A stretch of 64,000 bases of DNA from Candidatus Poribacteria bacterium (GCA_965218095.1 OZ244587.1:5152001-5216000), one strand, 5' to 3'; positions 1 through 9,977 are shown, counted from the first letter of the stretch. The notes: generated from the letters alone by a model not told the origin. Program-made: numbers and translations.

Positions 1-63
1 GAAATTGCGACTAGGTCTGTAAAAGTGCCACCGACCGGTATCAATACCGATTGTACTGGGCAC
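1..63 (-). pseudogene. 5' end of hydantoinase A/oxoprolinase-family gene, frameshifted (runs off window)
   Basis: RBS AGGAGG then GTG; reads PSTIGIDTG/GGTFTDLVAI, the GIDTGGTFTD motif, broken by a 4-bp CGGT duplication (ACCGGTCGGTGGC). Confidence 0.6.
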
Positions 64-195
64 GTGCACTTCCCTCCTGTGTTCCCTCAATAGTTATAGC
101 TGTTTCTCAACGATGGGTGATAAATCACCTGACTACAAGGCCCGATTCCTTTGTGTCGGAACAACACTTACTCAATCGAGGTTCCTCGGTTGGGT

Positions 196-223
196 GTAGG
201 GAACAACGATCGTTGTTCCCTAC
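196..223. repeat. GTAG-type REP-like perfect palindrome
   Basis: GTAGGGAACAACGATCGTTGTTCCCTAC, a 28-bp perfect palindrome. Confidence 0.75.
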
Positions 224-324
224 GGGCTGCGTAAGTCTTAATAAGTCCTACTTGCTTAGATTATAATATAATTGGTCTACTTCCAAAATTAATACTTTGG
301 CGTCGAGATATGCAGCCCGACCGA

Positions 325-2781
325 CTACATCCCAAACCAATACCGACATTTCACGAGGAAGATATTCGACCCGGCATCGGTGAAGCTCGTTCTCAAGCGA
401 TGCAACGGACGAAATTTGAGGTCTGCTTCTTCAACACGCGCTAAAGCGGCTTCCCGCGATTGGGACCAAACCAAAAACAGTGTACTTCCGGGGCGGAATT
501 CCCAGCGAAGCACGGTGTTGCCCCGCAAAGACCGCCGATGGAAGTCACGGTTCTTGTTCAGCAGATACGGTTTGAACTGATACGACTTCGGTTCGACCAA
601 CTCCTTGAAGTTTGTATAATCTCCGATGGTAATGAAGGGTTGCACGTAGAACTGAAGGCTCAACGTCGGGGTAAAACTGATGTTTGCACGGGTAGTGAAG
701 TCAAGCGTTCGGCCCGTTAACTCCCCATAGACGTAGTGTTTTTCGATCTGCCCGTTGACCTTCTCTTCAACCATTTCTACCCACTGTGCATCCTTCACCT
801 GATAGGCATAACTTGGCCCAACGCTCAAACCAATGTTGGATGTTGGCCGAATACGAAGGAGAAGGCCTACATCGTAGTCATACGAACGCCTATCGTCATC
901 CCAGGCGAAAACGGGATTCAACTCCAGCCGAATCATTTTGCGGCTGTCGGTAGAGAGTTGTGTATAAATCCACCAGCCTGCGGGATTTTTAATCAGCGTT
1001 CCGCCACGCCTAATGTCATCATCACTAAATGATTCCAAGACGCGTCCAACCCATAGGTCATAATCCCAATAGTTCTTGAAGCGGCCGTCTGTCCATATCT
1101 CGGAGTAGCTGCTGATATTGACCCTGTCATAATTCCACTGTCGCCAGCCATAGAGCCCCAAAACGACGCGTCGGAAAATGCTAAACGGTTTCTCCTTCCG
1201 CACCGTGAGGTCGTAACCCCACTCTAGCATGTCGGCGCGATGACGGAAGCCAAGGTCGTTCACCTCCAGGTCCGGTGAGAGCACCCTAAAACTGCTCCCC
1301 CCTCTCAACCACCCGCCCCGTTTGTCAAACTCAAAGTGTGCAAGGTAGCCCGACTTGCGTGCATCCAACTTTCCCTCCTGACTTGCCGCCACCGTGCCGG
1401 TTACTTGAAATTGCTCTTTCGCAAACTTCAAATCCCAATCAACTCCGCCGACATAAGCGGCGTTGGAATTTCGTCGATTCACGGCAGTCGTTATCAGTCC
1501 GACGCGGGAATTCCCTTTCAGCACATCCTGATTGATTCGACCGATAAAGTAGTTGGTTAACGGTTCAATGAGGTGCTCGCGTTGGATTTTCTTCCCGTTG
1601 ACCTCCTCCTCAATCTGTGCATACTCCGGTGTGGTGACTGCCTCCATGATACCAAAATGGGTGTTGCCTTGAGTTTTCCCTACAATTTTGACGGCACCGA
1701 GAATCGTTGTGGCTTCGGGACGGCTCCGTTCGGTGGCACCGTTGGGAAGCTCGAAATGCCCCGGCCGCCGCCCGATCCGCCGGGAGTAAAAGAAACTGTA
1801 GTCCCCGTTTTCAAAGATTTTCGCACCTTTCACAAAGAAGGGGCGGCGTTCATCAAAATACTCCTCATAAGCCGAGAGATTTAAACTCGCAGGGTCTGCC
1901 TCCACCTGTCCAAAATCGGGGTTAATCGTGGCATTGAGCGAAATCCCAGAGCTAATCCCATATTGAACATCGGTTCCAACATTGCCCCACAACTCGGTTT
2001 CATCATTGAGGCGTGTGCGTCCCATCGCGTAAGGCAACAATTCCAAATGACGTGACGGATGAATATCTTTGATGCCGGTGAGGTCGCCAAAGCGAGACAC
2101 CCAGCTGGGTTCACCACGCTTGACCAAACGCCAGTGAGCCTGCTCTTTTCTGCGACTGATGTACCGCTCTACCTGTAGCCCCCAAGTGTATTCATCTTTG
2201 GGGGAAAAGCGCAACACATGAAACGGGATTTTATATTCTGCCGCCCAACCATTTTCGTGAATCTCGGTCTTAACTTCCCACACACCGTCCCATGTGTCGT
2301 CCCACCAACCACCATCGGGAGCGATACCTTCTGTCACCGAGCCAGAAGGGTAGACAGTAAACCAGAAACCGCTTTGCCGGTTGTAATGCGGGTCAAGGCT
2401 AATGGTGATTTTATCCGATTCAACATAATTGTCTCGCCTGACCAGCCGGGAGACAATTTTATCGGGTTCACTGTCATAGCACATGGCCGCAAAATAGATG
2501 GCCTCGTCATCGTAGGCGATTTGGAACGTGGTGCGTTCCGTTGCCGGTTTTCCTTCATCCGGGTCGCGCTGGCGAAAACCTTCGTGGAGCGGCGCGCTTT
2601 TCCATATCTCGTCGTCCAAAACGCCATCCAACTGCGGCGGTACACCGTTAATTCGGATGGCGGTCGCGGTTCTGTGGGGCGAGTTTGCCTCGCCTGCAGC
2701 CTGTATGTCGCCTGGAGGTTGAACTGCTAAAAAGATGGCAAGAAACGCCCAAACAACCCAAAAGTCGAAGTCAATTTTCAC
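325..2781 (-). CDS. CBM9-like/DUF5916 outer-membrane protein
   Basis: Signal peptide, PQLDGVLDDEIW...YDDEAIYF CBM9-like start, NPDFGQVEAD...EERRPFF-type motif, C-terminal aromatic beta-barrel signature (RYWFGM). Confidence 0.8.
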   Translation of the reverse strand: MKIDFDFWVVWAFLAIFLAVQPPGDIQAAGEANSPHRTATAIRINGVPPQLDGVLDDEIWKSAPLHEGFRQRDPDEGKPATERTTFQIAYDDEAIYFAAMCYDSEPDKIVSRLVRRDNYVESDKITISLDPHYNRQSGFWFTVYPSGSVTEGIAPDGGWWDDTWDGVWEVKTEIHENGWAAEYKIPFHVLRFSPKDEYTWGLQVERYISRRKEQAHWRLVKRGEPSWVSRFGDLTGIKDIHPSRHLELLPYAMGRTRLNDETELWGNVGTDVQYGISSGISLNATINPDFGQVEADPASLNLSAYEEYFDERRPFFVKGAKIFENGDYSFFYSRRIGRRPGHFELPNGATERSRPEATTILGAVKIVGKTQGNTHFGIMEAVTTPEYAQIEEEVNGKKIQREHLIEPLTNYFIGRINQDVLKGNSRVGLITTAVNRRNSNAAYVGGVDWDLKFAKEQFQVTGTVAASQEGKLDARKSGYLAHFEFDKRGGWLRGGSSFRVLSPDLEVNDLGFRHRADMLEWGYDLTVRKEKPFSIFRRVVLGLYGWRQWNYDRVNISSYSEIWTDGRFKNYWDYDLWVGRVLESFSDDDIRRGGTLIKNPAGWWIYTQLSTDSRKMIRLELNPVFAWDDDRRSYDYDVGLLLRIRPTSNIGLSVGPSYAYQVKDAQWVEMVEEKVNGQIEKHYVYGELTGRTLDFTTRANISFTPTLSLQFYVQPFITIGDYTNFKELVEPKSYQFKPYLLNKNRDFHRRSLRGNTVLRWEFRPGSTLFLVWSQSREAALARVEEADLKFRPLHRLRTSFTDAGSNIFLVKCRYWFGM

Positions 2782-3462
2782 AGGTTTTTCCTCTCTCCTT
2801 TGCGTTGTTATTTGTCCATTGAAACCCCGTGTCCGCGATAGAATTCAGATTTTTCTCGATTCGCGCCTGCGCCTAAACGCTATGGTCAAATGCTAGCATA
2901 AGAAAGAGATGATTCTAACAAACAGTTAGAGCTGATGTGAGATTTTCGGTTTTATTAATGTTTGAGGGTTGTGGCGGGTTCCATCACTCACGAGAGAATT
3001 TGGAATGGATGCGTGTCAAGCGTTTTATGCAGACCAATTCGTCCGAGGGTATACAGTCCCTACTTTTCCAACACAATAATGACGGTATCGGTATCTCGGC
3101 AAACAACACGGAAGCCGTAAACAAAACACACAAAATGACGTGTTTAATTCTGCCCGACATCTTTGTTACTTCCAAGCGTTAAATCTTCAGACATCGACTT
3201 TCTAAGTATAGATCGGACAACTTAGAATGTCTCGCCCCGACCGCACCGAAAAGATGCTTGATATAATCTGCAGTAGTACGTACAATAAGTGCATGATTCA
3301 AGCTGGCAAGGCATTGAACAAGTTTGGCATGCGGAGCCAAAACACGGCATGGGTGTTTTCTCTGCTCGCGCTGACGGATTGATGATTTTTCAAGTTGGGT
3401 GCGTTCTTCGCACCATTCAATACACATGAGGTTAAACCAAACAATGAAGGAGATACAAACCG

Positions 3463-5292
3463 ATGAAAACACCAGTTTTTCGTTTTACCTTTCTTATGGC
3501 GATGTGCCTTACTCTCGCATCAGTGGATGGAAACATGCTGCTGTGGGCTCTCCCTGAGTCACCTGAACCTACTGTGGACTATATTTTCGAGACGATTGAG
3601 GTTCCCGGTGTTGATTTTCTGGAGTTGACTTCAAGCAATGACCTTGGGCATTACACGGGTAACACCCGTAGCCCTGATGGCGAGAAAATCATCGGCTTCA
3701 CGCTGATTGACGGGGTCTTTTCCACTTATGATGTCCCCGATTCCCTCAAAACTGTTTTCTATGGACTCAACAACGCAGGACAGGCTGTGGGTTACTACGA
3801 TGATCCGGACAAGGTCTCTCACGGCATAATCGTGCAAGATGGTGAGTTGACACAATTCGATTTTCCGGGAGCAGCCGAAACGCTAATCTTTGGGGTTAGT
3901 GAAACGGGGGTACTTGCTGGTAATATTGTTGATGCCGCTGGTGTCAGTCACGGTTTTATGGGCGATGCGCAGATCGATGTACCCGGGGCGAGGACAACTT
4001 ATGCCGACCATGTGAACGCTGGGGGCATCTTAGTTGGGAGTTACATAAATGCCGATGGGATACATCACGGATACATGCGCCATGCCGACGGTAGCTTTAC
4101 CACTTTCGAGTTTCCCGGTATGCTGTCGAACCTAGAGTACCTTTACGTGAACGCCATCAACGATGCCGGCGTCATTGTGTTCAGAGCCAAAGAGTTTGAC
4201 GATGTTGAGCGTTCTTATGTCCTCCTGCCGAACTGTGAGCTGATGGAGTTGCGATTCCCCGGCAGTGTTAATACGGTGGCACGGGATATTGATGCGCAAG
4301 GGCAGGTCGTCGGTTACTATGACACGCCGGACGGACAAAGACATGGATTTATTGCCAGCCCCCTTACCGGTGAGGGTGTGGAAGATTTTAGCAACGTTTA
4401 CTTAGCGTCCCTCTCTAAAGGTTTGAACATGCTCTCAGTTCCCCTAAAACCAGCGACACCGATGACCGCCCGTTCCTTAGCGAAGATGATTGGTGCGACA
4501 ACGGTAATTACGCTCGATAGCGTGAATCAAAAATTTGTTGGCTGGACGCCGGACGCGCCAGACGACGGATTTCCGATCGAAGGCGCGAAAGGCTACATCG
4601 TCAATGTCCCCCAGCCACGACAGGTCGCCTTTGTGGGTGCACCGTGGACGAATCAACCGCAAGTCGCTGCGGCACCGAGCACGACATCGACCGACGGCGC
4701 TTGGGCGTTCGTTGTCAGCGGACGCTTAGAAAGCGCGCGGAACTTTGATGGCTATCTGGTCACGGTGCGAAACCTATACACCAATGCTATCATGACGGGC
4801 CATGTACGAGACGGCTACTTCGCCATAGCGACTGCCGATCTCTCCCGTCAGAGCGTTGTGCAAGTTGGTGATTCCCTAGAAGTAACCGTCACCGATGCAA
4901 CCGGGGAGATTGCTTCGGAGGAGTTCAGTTTCACAATAATACCCAACGATCTTGCAAACACGGTTCTGTCAGTAACACTTGATGGCGTTGGCAGACCGAA
5001 GCAGAGTCTCCTGTTGCAGAACTATCCCAACCCGTTCAACCCCGAAACGTGGATTCCGTATCACCTTTCGGAGGCAGCTCCTGTGACCCTATCAATTTAC
5101 GACACGACCGGACGACTTGTCCGAACGCTTTCGCTAGGATTCCAGTCAGCAGGCTTCTATCAAAGTTGGGCACGTGCCGCCTATTGGGATGGGCGTAATG
5201 CAATGGGCGAGCGGGTTTCAAGCGGGATCTATTTCTACCAATTGTCCACCCCATCTTTCCATCAGATGAAGCGGATGGTTATTCTGAAGTAG
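3463..5292 (+). CDS. Secreted beta-propeller (HAF-like repeat) protein with T9SS type A-like/FlgD-Ig C-terminal domain
   Basis: Signal peptide, about 6 repeats of DxPG..T...INxxGxxVGxY, C-terminus LLQNYPNPFNPETWIPY...SSGIYFYQL...KRMVILK. Confidence 0.8.
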   Translation: MKTPVFRFTFLMAMCLTLASVDGNMLLWALPESPEPTVDYIFETIEVPGVDFLELTSSNDLGHYTGNTRSPDGEKIIGFTLIDGVFSTYDVPDSLKTVFYGLNNAGQAVGYYDDPDKVSHGIIVQDGELTQFDFPGAAETLIFGVSETGVLAGNIVDAAGVSHGFMGDAQIDVPGARTTYADHVNAGGILVGSYINADGIHHGYMRHADGSFTTFEFPGMLSNLEYLYVNAINDAGVIVFRAKEFDDVERSYVLLPNCELMELRFPGSVNTVARDIDAQGQVVGYYDTPDGQRHGFIASPLTGEGVEDFSNVYLASLSKGLNMLSVPLKPATPMTARSLAKMIGATTVITLDSVNQKFVGWTPDAPDDGFPIEGAKGYIVNVPQPRQVAFVGAPWTNQPQVAAAPSTTSTDGAWAFVVSGRLESARNFDGYLVTVRNLYTNAIMTGHVRDGYFAIATADLSRQSVVQVGDSLEVTVTDATGEIASEEFSFTIIPNDLANTVLSVTLDGVGRPKQSLLLQNYPNPFNPETWIPYHLSEAAPVTLSIYDTTGRLVRTLSLGFQSAGFYQSWARAAYWDGRNAMGERVSSGIYFYQLSTPSFHQMKRMVILK

Positions 5293-5297
5293 CCTTG

Positions 5298-5324
5298 GAT
5301 TGATTATTGAAACAATCATCAATC
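5298..5324. terminator. Hairpin after CDS (possible terminator)
   Basis: GATTGATTATTG-AAA-CAATCATCAATC inverted repeat; no clear U-tract. Confidence 0.4.
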
Positions 5325-5429
5325 GGAAGGCGGAATGACGCTACCAAGTGCGAGTGAAACTATAGGAATGGGGGAGTAAATTCGTAAATTTCATCGGCCT
5401 TGCCTTTCGTCGCGATTTCGTAAAGGTTA

Positions 5430-5615
5430 TCACAACGCGGATTTGTGTGTCAAGAAAATTTGACTTTCCGCACGAAGTTCGGCGATGGCTTGCGTCGCAT
5501 ATTTGACAACTTCTTCTTCGCTGACACCTTTGTTCTTCTCATGGACTCTGTCCATCACCGCCAATAATTTTTGCAAAGCTGTCGATGCACAAGAGGTTGA
5601 GGGGTAACCCGCCAA
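5430..5615 (-). pseudogene. Possible C-terminal remnant of an AbrB/MazE-like antitoxin
   Basis: LLAVMDRVHEKNKGVSEEEV...AIAELRA resembles antitoxin C-termini; no good start codon. Confidence 0.3.
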
Positions 5616-5633
5616 TTCAATAGTCCGTCTGGA

Positions 5634-6065
5634 TTAGTTATCCTCGCCTCGATACGGGTTCAGTTTTTCATCAAGGCTATACTTACCTGCTCCAATCAGG
5701 ATGAAACTCAGAAAAACGATTCCATCTTCGATGGCGTGCGACGCGCCCCCCAAACCTTCTCCTCGACTCAGGTGGCTGGCAGCGGCAACCATCATAGTTA
5801 TTGCCAAAAGGGTACAAGCCGGTCTGAAAAATAGACCGAGGATAAGGCAGATGCCTCCAATAAACTCTGAAATCGCAGCCATGAGTCCCCAAAATGTTGG
5901 AATGAACCCAATACCAAGGACTGCCATCGCCATGCCGATCTGTTCCCATTTCTCTGGTCCGCCAAACAGTTTGGGCGCACCGTGAAAGAGGAACATGCAC
6001 CCAAGTCCGATACGGAGAATTAAGAGACCGGTGTGTCTATGTTTATTCAAAAATGTTAAAACCAT
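5634..6065 (-). CDS. DoxX family membrane protein
   Basis: LRIGLG.MFLFHGAPKL...E..GG...LG..R.A...GAGKYSLD. Confidence 0.9.
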   Translation of the reverse strand: MVLTFLNKHRHTGLLILRIGLGCMFLFHGAPKLFGGPEKWEQIGMAMAVLGIGFIPTFWGLMAAISEFIGGICLILGLFFRPACTLLAITMMVAAASHLSRGEGLGGASHAIEDGIVFLSFILIGAGKYSLDEKLNPYRGEDN

Positions 6066-6376
6066 TTTCTTGATCTTCCTTTCACATTTTCAGAAATGAT
6101 AGGCGATCCAGCGGAAATAATCAAGGAAAAAATGAGTGTCGCCACTGATGCTCTACTTCGCACGCTGTATTGTGGATTTCTGCCACAAACGTCAATCGGT
6201 TTGGCGTTGTCCAAACGAGGTCTGATGCGCTGAGTTGAGGTTTCAGGCGCTAGATCGCTGGATGGCGGTATTTGTTGATGTACTCCTCCGTCAGGACGTT
6301 TTCATTGTTGATATAGGAAGGCTCGTTTTCGTACATAATTTGATTGACCATCAGTAGCAGGCTCGGTACAATACAT

Positions 6377-6420
6377 CGTGAAACGTGATGCGTAAAAGGT
6401 TCTTCTTACGTTTTACTCAT
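6377..6420 (+). repeat. Heptamer repeat cluster (inverted pair) in leader
   Basis: CGTGAAA CGTGATG CGTAAAA ... TTACG TTTTACT just upstream of GGAGG. Confidence 0.65.
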
Positions 6421-6441
6421 TATTCTTCTGGAGGCATGACC

Positions 6442-7623
6442 ATGAATATTAATGAAATTCAACGCTTTCTCACAGAAAACCAACTTGACGGGTGGTTATT
6501 GTACGATTTCCGCGGATTGAATCCAATTGCGCGAAGCGTTGCTGGAATCACGGCTTCCGGCATTACACGGCGCTGGTTCTGCTACATTCAATTGCAGGGT
6601 GAACCGGTATGGCTTGTCCACCGGATTGAGCTCTCCCATTTTTCCGATGTTATCGGCGAAGTAAAGGCCTACACCAGTTGGCGTGAACTGCACCGTGAAA
6701 TGGAAACGTTGTTGGCAAACAGCAGTAAGATTGCGATGGAGTATTCTCCCGATGCCGCTAACCCTTATGTTTCAAGGGTGGATGCAGGCACAATCGAGAT
6801 GGTTCGTTCCTTTGGAGTTGAAGTGGTCTCCTCCGCAGATCTGGTGCAGCTCATTGAGGCGCGTTGGACAGCCGATCAACTTGCCGGACATCAGGAATCA
6901 GCGCGTTTGGTCCTGGAGACTAAAGATCTCGCTTTTGGGTGGATCGGGGAGCGACTGCGCGATGGCAATATGGTCACAGAGTATGATGTGCAACGCTTTA
7001 TCATGGAACGCTTTGACGCCATGGATTTAACGCTGGGACACCCACCAATTGTGGCAGTCAACGCGAACAGCGGCAATCCACACTATTCGCCGACGGCAGC
7101 ACAACATCAGCCTATCCAGCGGGGAGATTTCGTTTTAATCGATCTGTGGGCAAAACAGAAATTAGCGGACGCCGTTTATGCAGATACAACCTGGGTTGCA
7201 TACGCCGGCAAGACTGCTCCTGAACGTTATGTGGAGATATTCGAGATTGTTCGTGATGCCCGCGATCGCGCCGTTACGTTCATCCGCGAAACCCTTGCGT
7301 CGGGAGACAAGGTTTATGGCTACGCCGTTGATGATGTGGTGCGAAATTATATTACGGAGAAGGGATACGGCGAGTTTTTCATCCACCGGACCGGGCATAA
7401 TATCGGGATGGAGATACACGGAAATGGCGTCAATATCGACAATTTGGAAACAAAAGATGAACGCGCCTTAATCCGCGGCATCTGCTTCTCGATCGAGCCG
7501 GGGATCTATCTTCCTCAATTCGGTGTCAGGAGCGAGATTGACGTTTTTTTAGCTCATCTAGCGCCAGACGGCGTAATAGTGACAACCGTCCCCGCTCAAA
7601 ATGAGGTCTTGACGCTGCTGTAA
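6442..7623 (+). CDS. M24 family (Xaa-Pro) metallopeptidase
   Basis: Metal ligands IDLW, ADTT, HRTGH, SIEPG, VRSE; GGAGG RBS. Confidence 0.9.
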   Translation: MNINEIQRFLTENQLDGWLLYDFRGLNPIARSVAGITASGITRRWFCYIQLQGEPVWLVHRIELSHFSDVIGEVKAYTSWRELHREMETLLANSSKIAMEYSPDAANPYVSRVDAGTIEMVRSFGVEVVSSADLVQLIEARWTADQLAGHQESARLVLETKDLAFGWIGERLRDGNMVTEYDVQRFIMERFDAMDLTLGHPPIVAVNANSGNPHYSPTAAQHQPIQRGDFVLIDLWAKQKLADAVYADTTWVAYAGKTAPERYVEIFEIVRDARDRAVTFIRETLASGDKVYGYAVDDVVRNYITEKGYGEFFIHRTGHNIGMEIHGNGVNIDNLETKDERALIRGICFSIEPGIYLPQFGVRSEIDVFLAHLAPDGVIVTTVPAQNEVLTLL

Positions 7624-8311
7624 CTTTGTAGTTTCGCTTTTTAAGATCGGCCAGCACGTTGTTGAAAAGCACCTGCGCGTTAATTATCCACTGCAACGCA
7701 TCCAGGTTCCCCTCTTCAACCAGCCCTGCAACACCGAGCCGATAAATAACATACCGTTTGTCATCACGGATTTTTTGTTCAGGTACGAGTGTTCTGCCGG
7801 GCTTATCTTCGGCTACTCCATCAATTTCAAAGAGCCAGAAGAAGTAATCTTCATTATGCCCGAGGTACCCAATCTCGACGTCAAGTCGGTGATTGGCTGT
7901 CCCCGGCAAAAGCGAGAGCCCAAAGTTTCGATTCAAAATCTGGGGATAGATCGCGCTCAGGAAGATCTGCTCGAACCCAACCGGCTGATTTGCGCTGTTG
8001 AGTAGCTCCAATAATTCGTGTCGTTCCTCCATCCGCTTCAGTTTAAGACAGGTCAGCGCGAAAACTTCATCGCGCAATATTCGCACTTCAGGCGGGGCGT
8101 TTTGGTCCAACGGTATCAGGCGTCTGGTGAGGCGTTTAATACGTCGTCGCTTCAGGGAAATATTCCAGAGTATCCAGCGCTGGAGCCGATTCCATGTTTC
8201 TCCATCGAACACCTGTTGGAGGGAGGTCTGCCTCAGTTTCTGGAGGACTTGCCTCAATCGGTTTTCTGTAGAATCAAGTTCGTTCTGCACACATTCCCCC
8301 GGATTTTGCAC
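7526..8311 (-). CDS. Hypothetical protein, possible Vsr/DUF559-like PD-(D/E)XK domain
   Basis: 261-aa ORF; RLDVEI...FEIDG...KIRDD pattern; overlaps the 3' end of the peptidase gene convergently. Confidence 0.5.
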   Translation of the reverse strand: MQNPGECVQNELDSTENRLRQVLQKLRQTSLQQVFDGETWNRLQRWILWNISLKRRRIKRLTRRLIPLDQNAPPEVRILRDEVFALTCLKLKRMEERHELLELLNSANQPVGFEQIFLSAIYPQILNRNFGLSLLPGTANHRLDVEIGYLGHNEDYFFWLFEIDGVAEDKPGRTLVPEQKIRDDKRYVIYRLGVAGLVEEGNLDALQWIINAQVLFNNVLADLKKRNYKVTAASRPHFERGRLSLLRRLALDELKKRQSRS

Positions 8312-8354
8312 TTGAAAATTTTAACGGAGATATGCTAAAATAGGGAAGCCTTTT

Positions 8355-8438
8355 GCCGGAGTGGTGAAATTGGTAGACGCGCTGGACTCAAAATCCAGTG
8401 AGCTTCGGCTCGTGTCGGTTCGAGTCCGACCTCCGGCA
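8355..8438 (+). tRNA. tRNA-Leu(CAA)
   Basis: GCCGGAG acceptor stem, D-loop GGTAGAC, anticodon loop CTCAAAA, long variable arm, GGTTCGAGTCC; CCA not encoded. Confidence 0.97.
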
Positions 8439-8446
8439 TTTGTCAG

Positions 8447-8481
8447 CCATATAGTCAAGTTGAGGCTATATGGTTTTTTTT
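8447..8481 (+). terminator. Rho-independent terminator of tRNA
   Basis: CCATATAGTC-loop-GGCTATATGG followed by a T-run. Confidence 0.8.
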
Positions 8482-8506
8482 GTATTGGTCAGGAAGATGG
8501 TATACA

Positions 8507-8680
8507 TTATCCCCCGCAAAGGTAGGTCACATCAAGCTCTCGTCCTCCCGGCTGCAAACGTTCGGACTGAATTTCCGCCAGCATCGTCAATTGCGTTGTT
8601 GGGAGTTGGTGAAAGATCGACGCATGATGTACGCCCATCCCACTACACCTAATCACACCAACTTTGAATTTGCTCACCAT
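8507..8680 (-). pseudogene. N-terminal remnant of Gfo/Idh/MocA oxidoreductase
   Basis: GAGG RBS, MVSKFKVGVIRCSGMGVHHA (degenerate GxxGxG); stops after 57 aa. Confidence 0.6.
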
Positions 8681-8705
8681 TGTTTACCTCTGTCTTAACC
8701 TTCCA

Positions 8706-9977
8706 TTATTTTTGAAACTCAGTCACAACCTGTCTTAATCGCTGCTTGAAGGCTCCTCGATTTTTTGTAATTTCAAGCTCGATTGCTAACACAAAGATTT
8801 GTAATTCTTCTGATTTGGATTTCGTGTTTGCCAATTTCTGCGCATCTTTTTTGGTCGTCACAATCAAATCGGCGCAAGCCTGACTCGCTTGAGTTCTGAT
8901 CTGGCTGAGATCTGCTGGCATGTATTGATGATGATCGGGAAACGCCAACAACTCAACACACTGTGGCTCATATCGTCGGAGCGTTTCAGCGAAGGCTTCG
9001 GGGTTACCGATGCCGCACACGGCAAGCAGGCGTTGCCCATTCAATAGATCTAGCGGAAGTTTCTCATCGGTCCCCAATCGATACAGCTTCGTGGGTTGAT
9101 GGCGGCTCTCAAAGATTTGTTCCCCTGGTACGAATTGTTGAAGCGTGACCGGATCTGTCGCGAAATCGGTTCGAGTCAGCAGGACGATATCTGCTCGCTT
9201 CAAGGCGGATCTGGGTTCTCGGAGCGTTCCTGCTGGCAGCAATTTTCCCGTCCCAAAAGGCTGCGTGCTGTCAACCGTGACGATATCCAAATCTCGTGCC
9301 AATCCCCGGTGCTGAAATCCATCATCCAGGATAAGAGCGTATTGATGAACTAAAGCAGGCACGGCGGGAGCCTTGCCCTCCCTTCCCCGGTTGGGAGCAT
9401 CAGGGAGGGTGAGGCTCCTGCTGAACCCTTTTTCTTGCCCGTATTCCAAAAGTCGAATCGCCTCAAACCCTGCGACATAACGATCCTTCCCGATTACCAC
9501 CGGAATACCCGGTAACTCCCGCGCGATCATCGCGGCTTCATCGCCGCTTTCTGTCACCGGCGTTAAGATCCTCCTGCCATTGGATACAATCGCTGTTGAA
9601 GGGCTACCTTTGCGTCGATAGCCACGCAGGAGAACGGCCACATGAAATCCTTCGCTTTGCAGATACCTGGCGATCCAAATCACCATTGGCGTTTTGCCTG
9701 TGCCGCCAGCGACGATATTCCCGACGCTGATCACTGCACACGGGAGACATCTGGGGCATCGGATTCGCAGATCGTAAAGCCAACTGCGCAGTGCCACCAA
9801 CGCGCCGTAAATCCAACTCGGCGGCGTCAGCATCCCCCGAATGAAAGTGGGTAGTTTCCCCTTGTGACGCCGTGTAATGACGTTGTACACGGCATGTGAA
9901 ACGTGAAACGTGAAACGTGAGGCGTGATCAATGAACCAATGGACTAATGAACCCATGAACTTCTTCCCTTTCATCAC
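8706..9977 (-). CDS. lpxK: Tetraacyldisaccharide 4'-kinase
   Basis: VGNIVAGGTGKTP, RGY, GDEA, DDGFQH, LPAGTLRE, GIGNP, FPDHH; start overlaps lpxB stop (GTGA). Confidence 0.95.
   Translation of the reverse strand: MMKGKKFMGSLVHWFIDHASRFTFHVSHAVYNVITRRHKGKLPTFIRGMLTPPSWIYGALVALRSWLYDLRIRCPRCLPCAVISVGNIVAGGTGKTPMVIWIARYLQSEGFHVAVLLRGYRRKGSPSTAIVSNGRRILTPVTESGDEAAMIARELPGIPVVIGKDRYVAGFEAIRLLEYGQEKGFSRSLTLPDAPNRGREGKAPAVPALVHQYALILDDGFQHRGLARDLDIVTVDSTQPFGTGKLLPAGTLREPRSALKRADIVLLTRTDFATDPVTLQQFVPGEQIFESRHQPTKLYRLGTDEKLPLDLLNGQRLLAVCGIGNPEAFAETLRRYEPQCVELLAFPDHHQYMPADLSQIRTQASQACADLIVTTKKDAQKLANTKSKSEELQIFVLAIELEITKNRGAFKQRLRQVVTEFQK
9358..9427. repeat. REP-like hairpin inserted in-frame in lpxK
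   Basis: Arms GGCACGGCGGGAGCCTTGCCCTCCCT / AGGGAGGGTGAGGCTCCTGCTGAACC (20/26 complementary plus G-T pairs). Confidence 0.8.
9894..9972 (-). repeat. Composite octamer+heptamer repeat at the lpxB/lpxK junction
   Basis: Sense strand: GGGAAGAA (GTTCATKR-like)x4 ATCACGC CTCACGT (TTCACGT)x2 TTCACAT. Confidence 0.85.

Noticed and set aside
2984-3175. Short ORF with signal-peptide-like start (MSGRIKHVILCVLF...)
   Set aside because: No identifiable family; may be a 5' gene remnant but cannot be supported.
8355-8700. Integrative element at tRNA-Leu
   Set aside because: No integrase and no duplicate of the tRNA 3' end were seen in the window.
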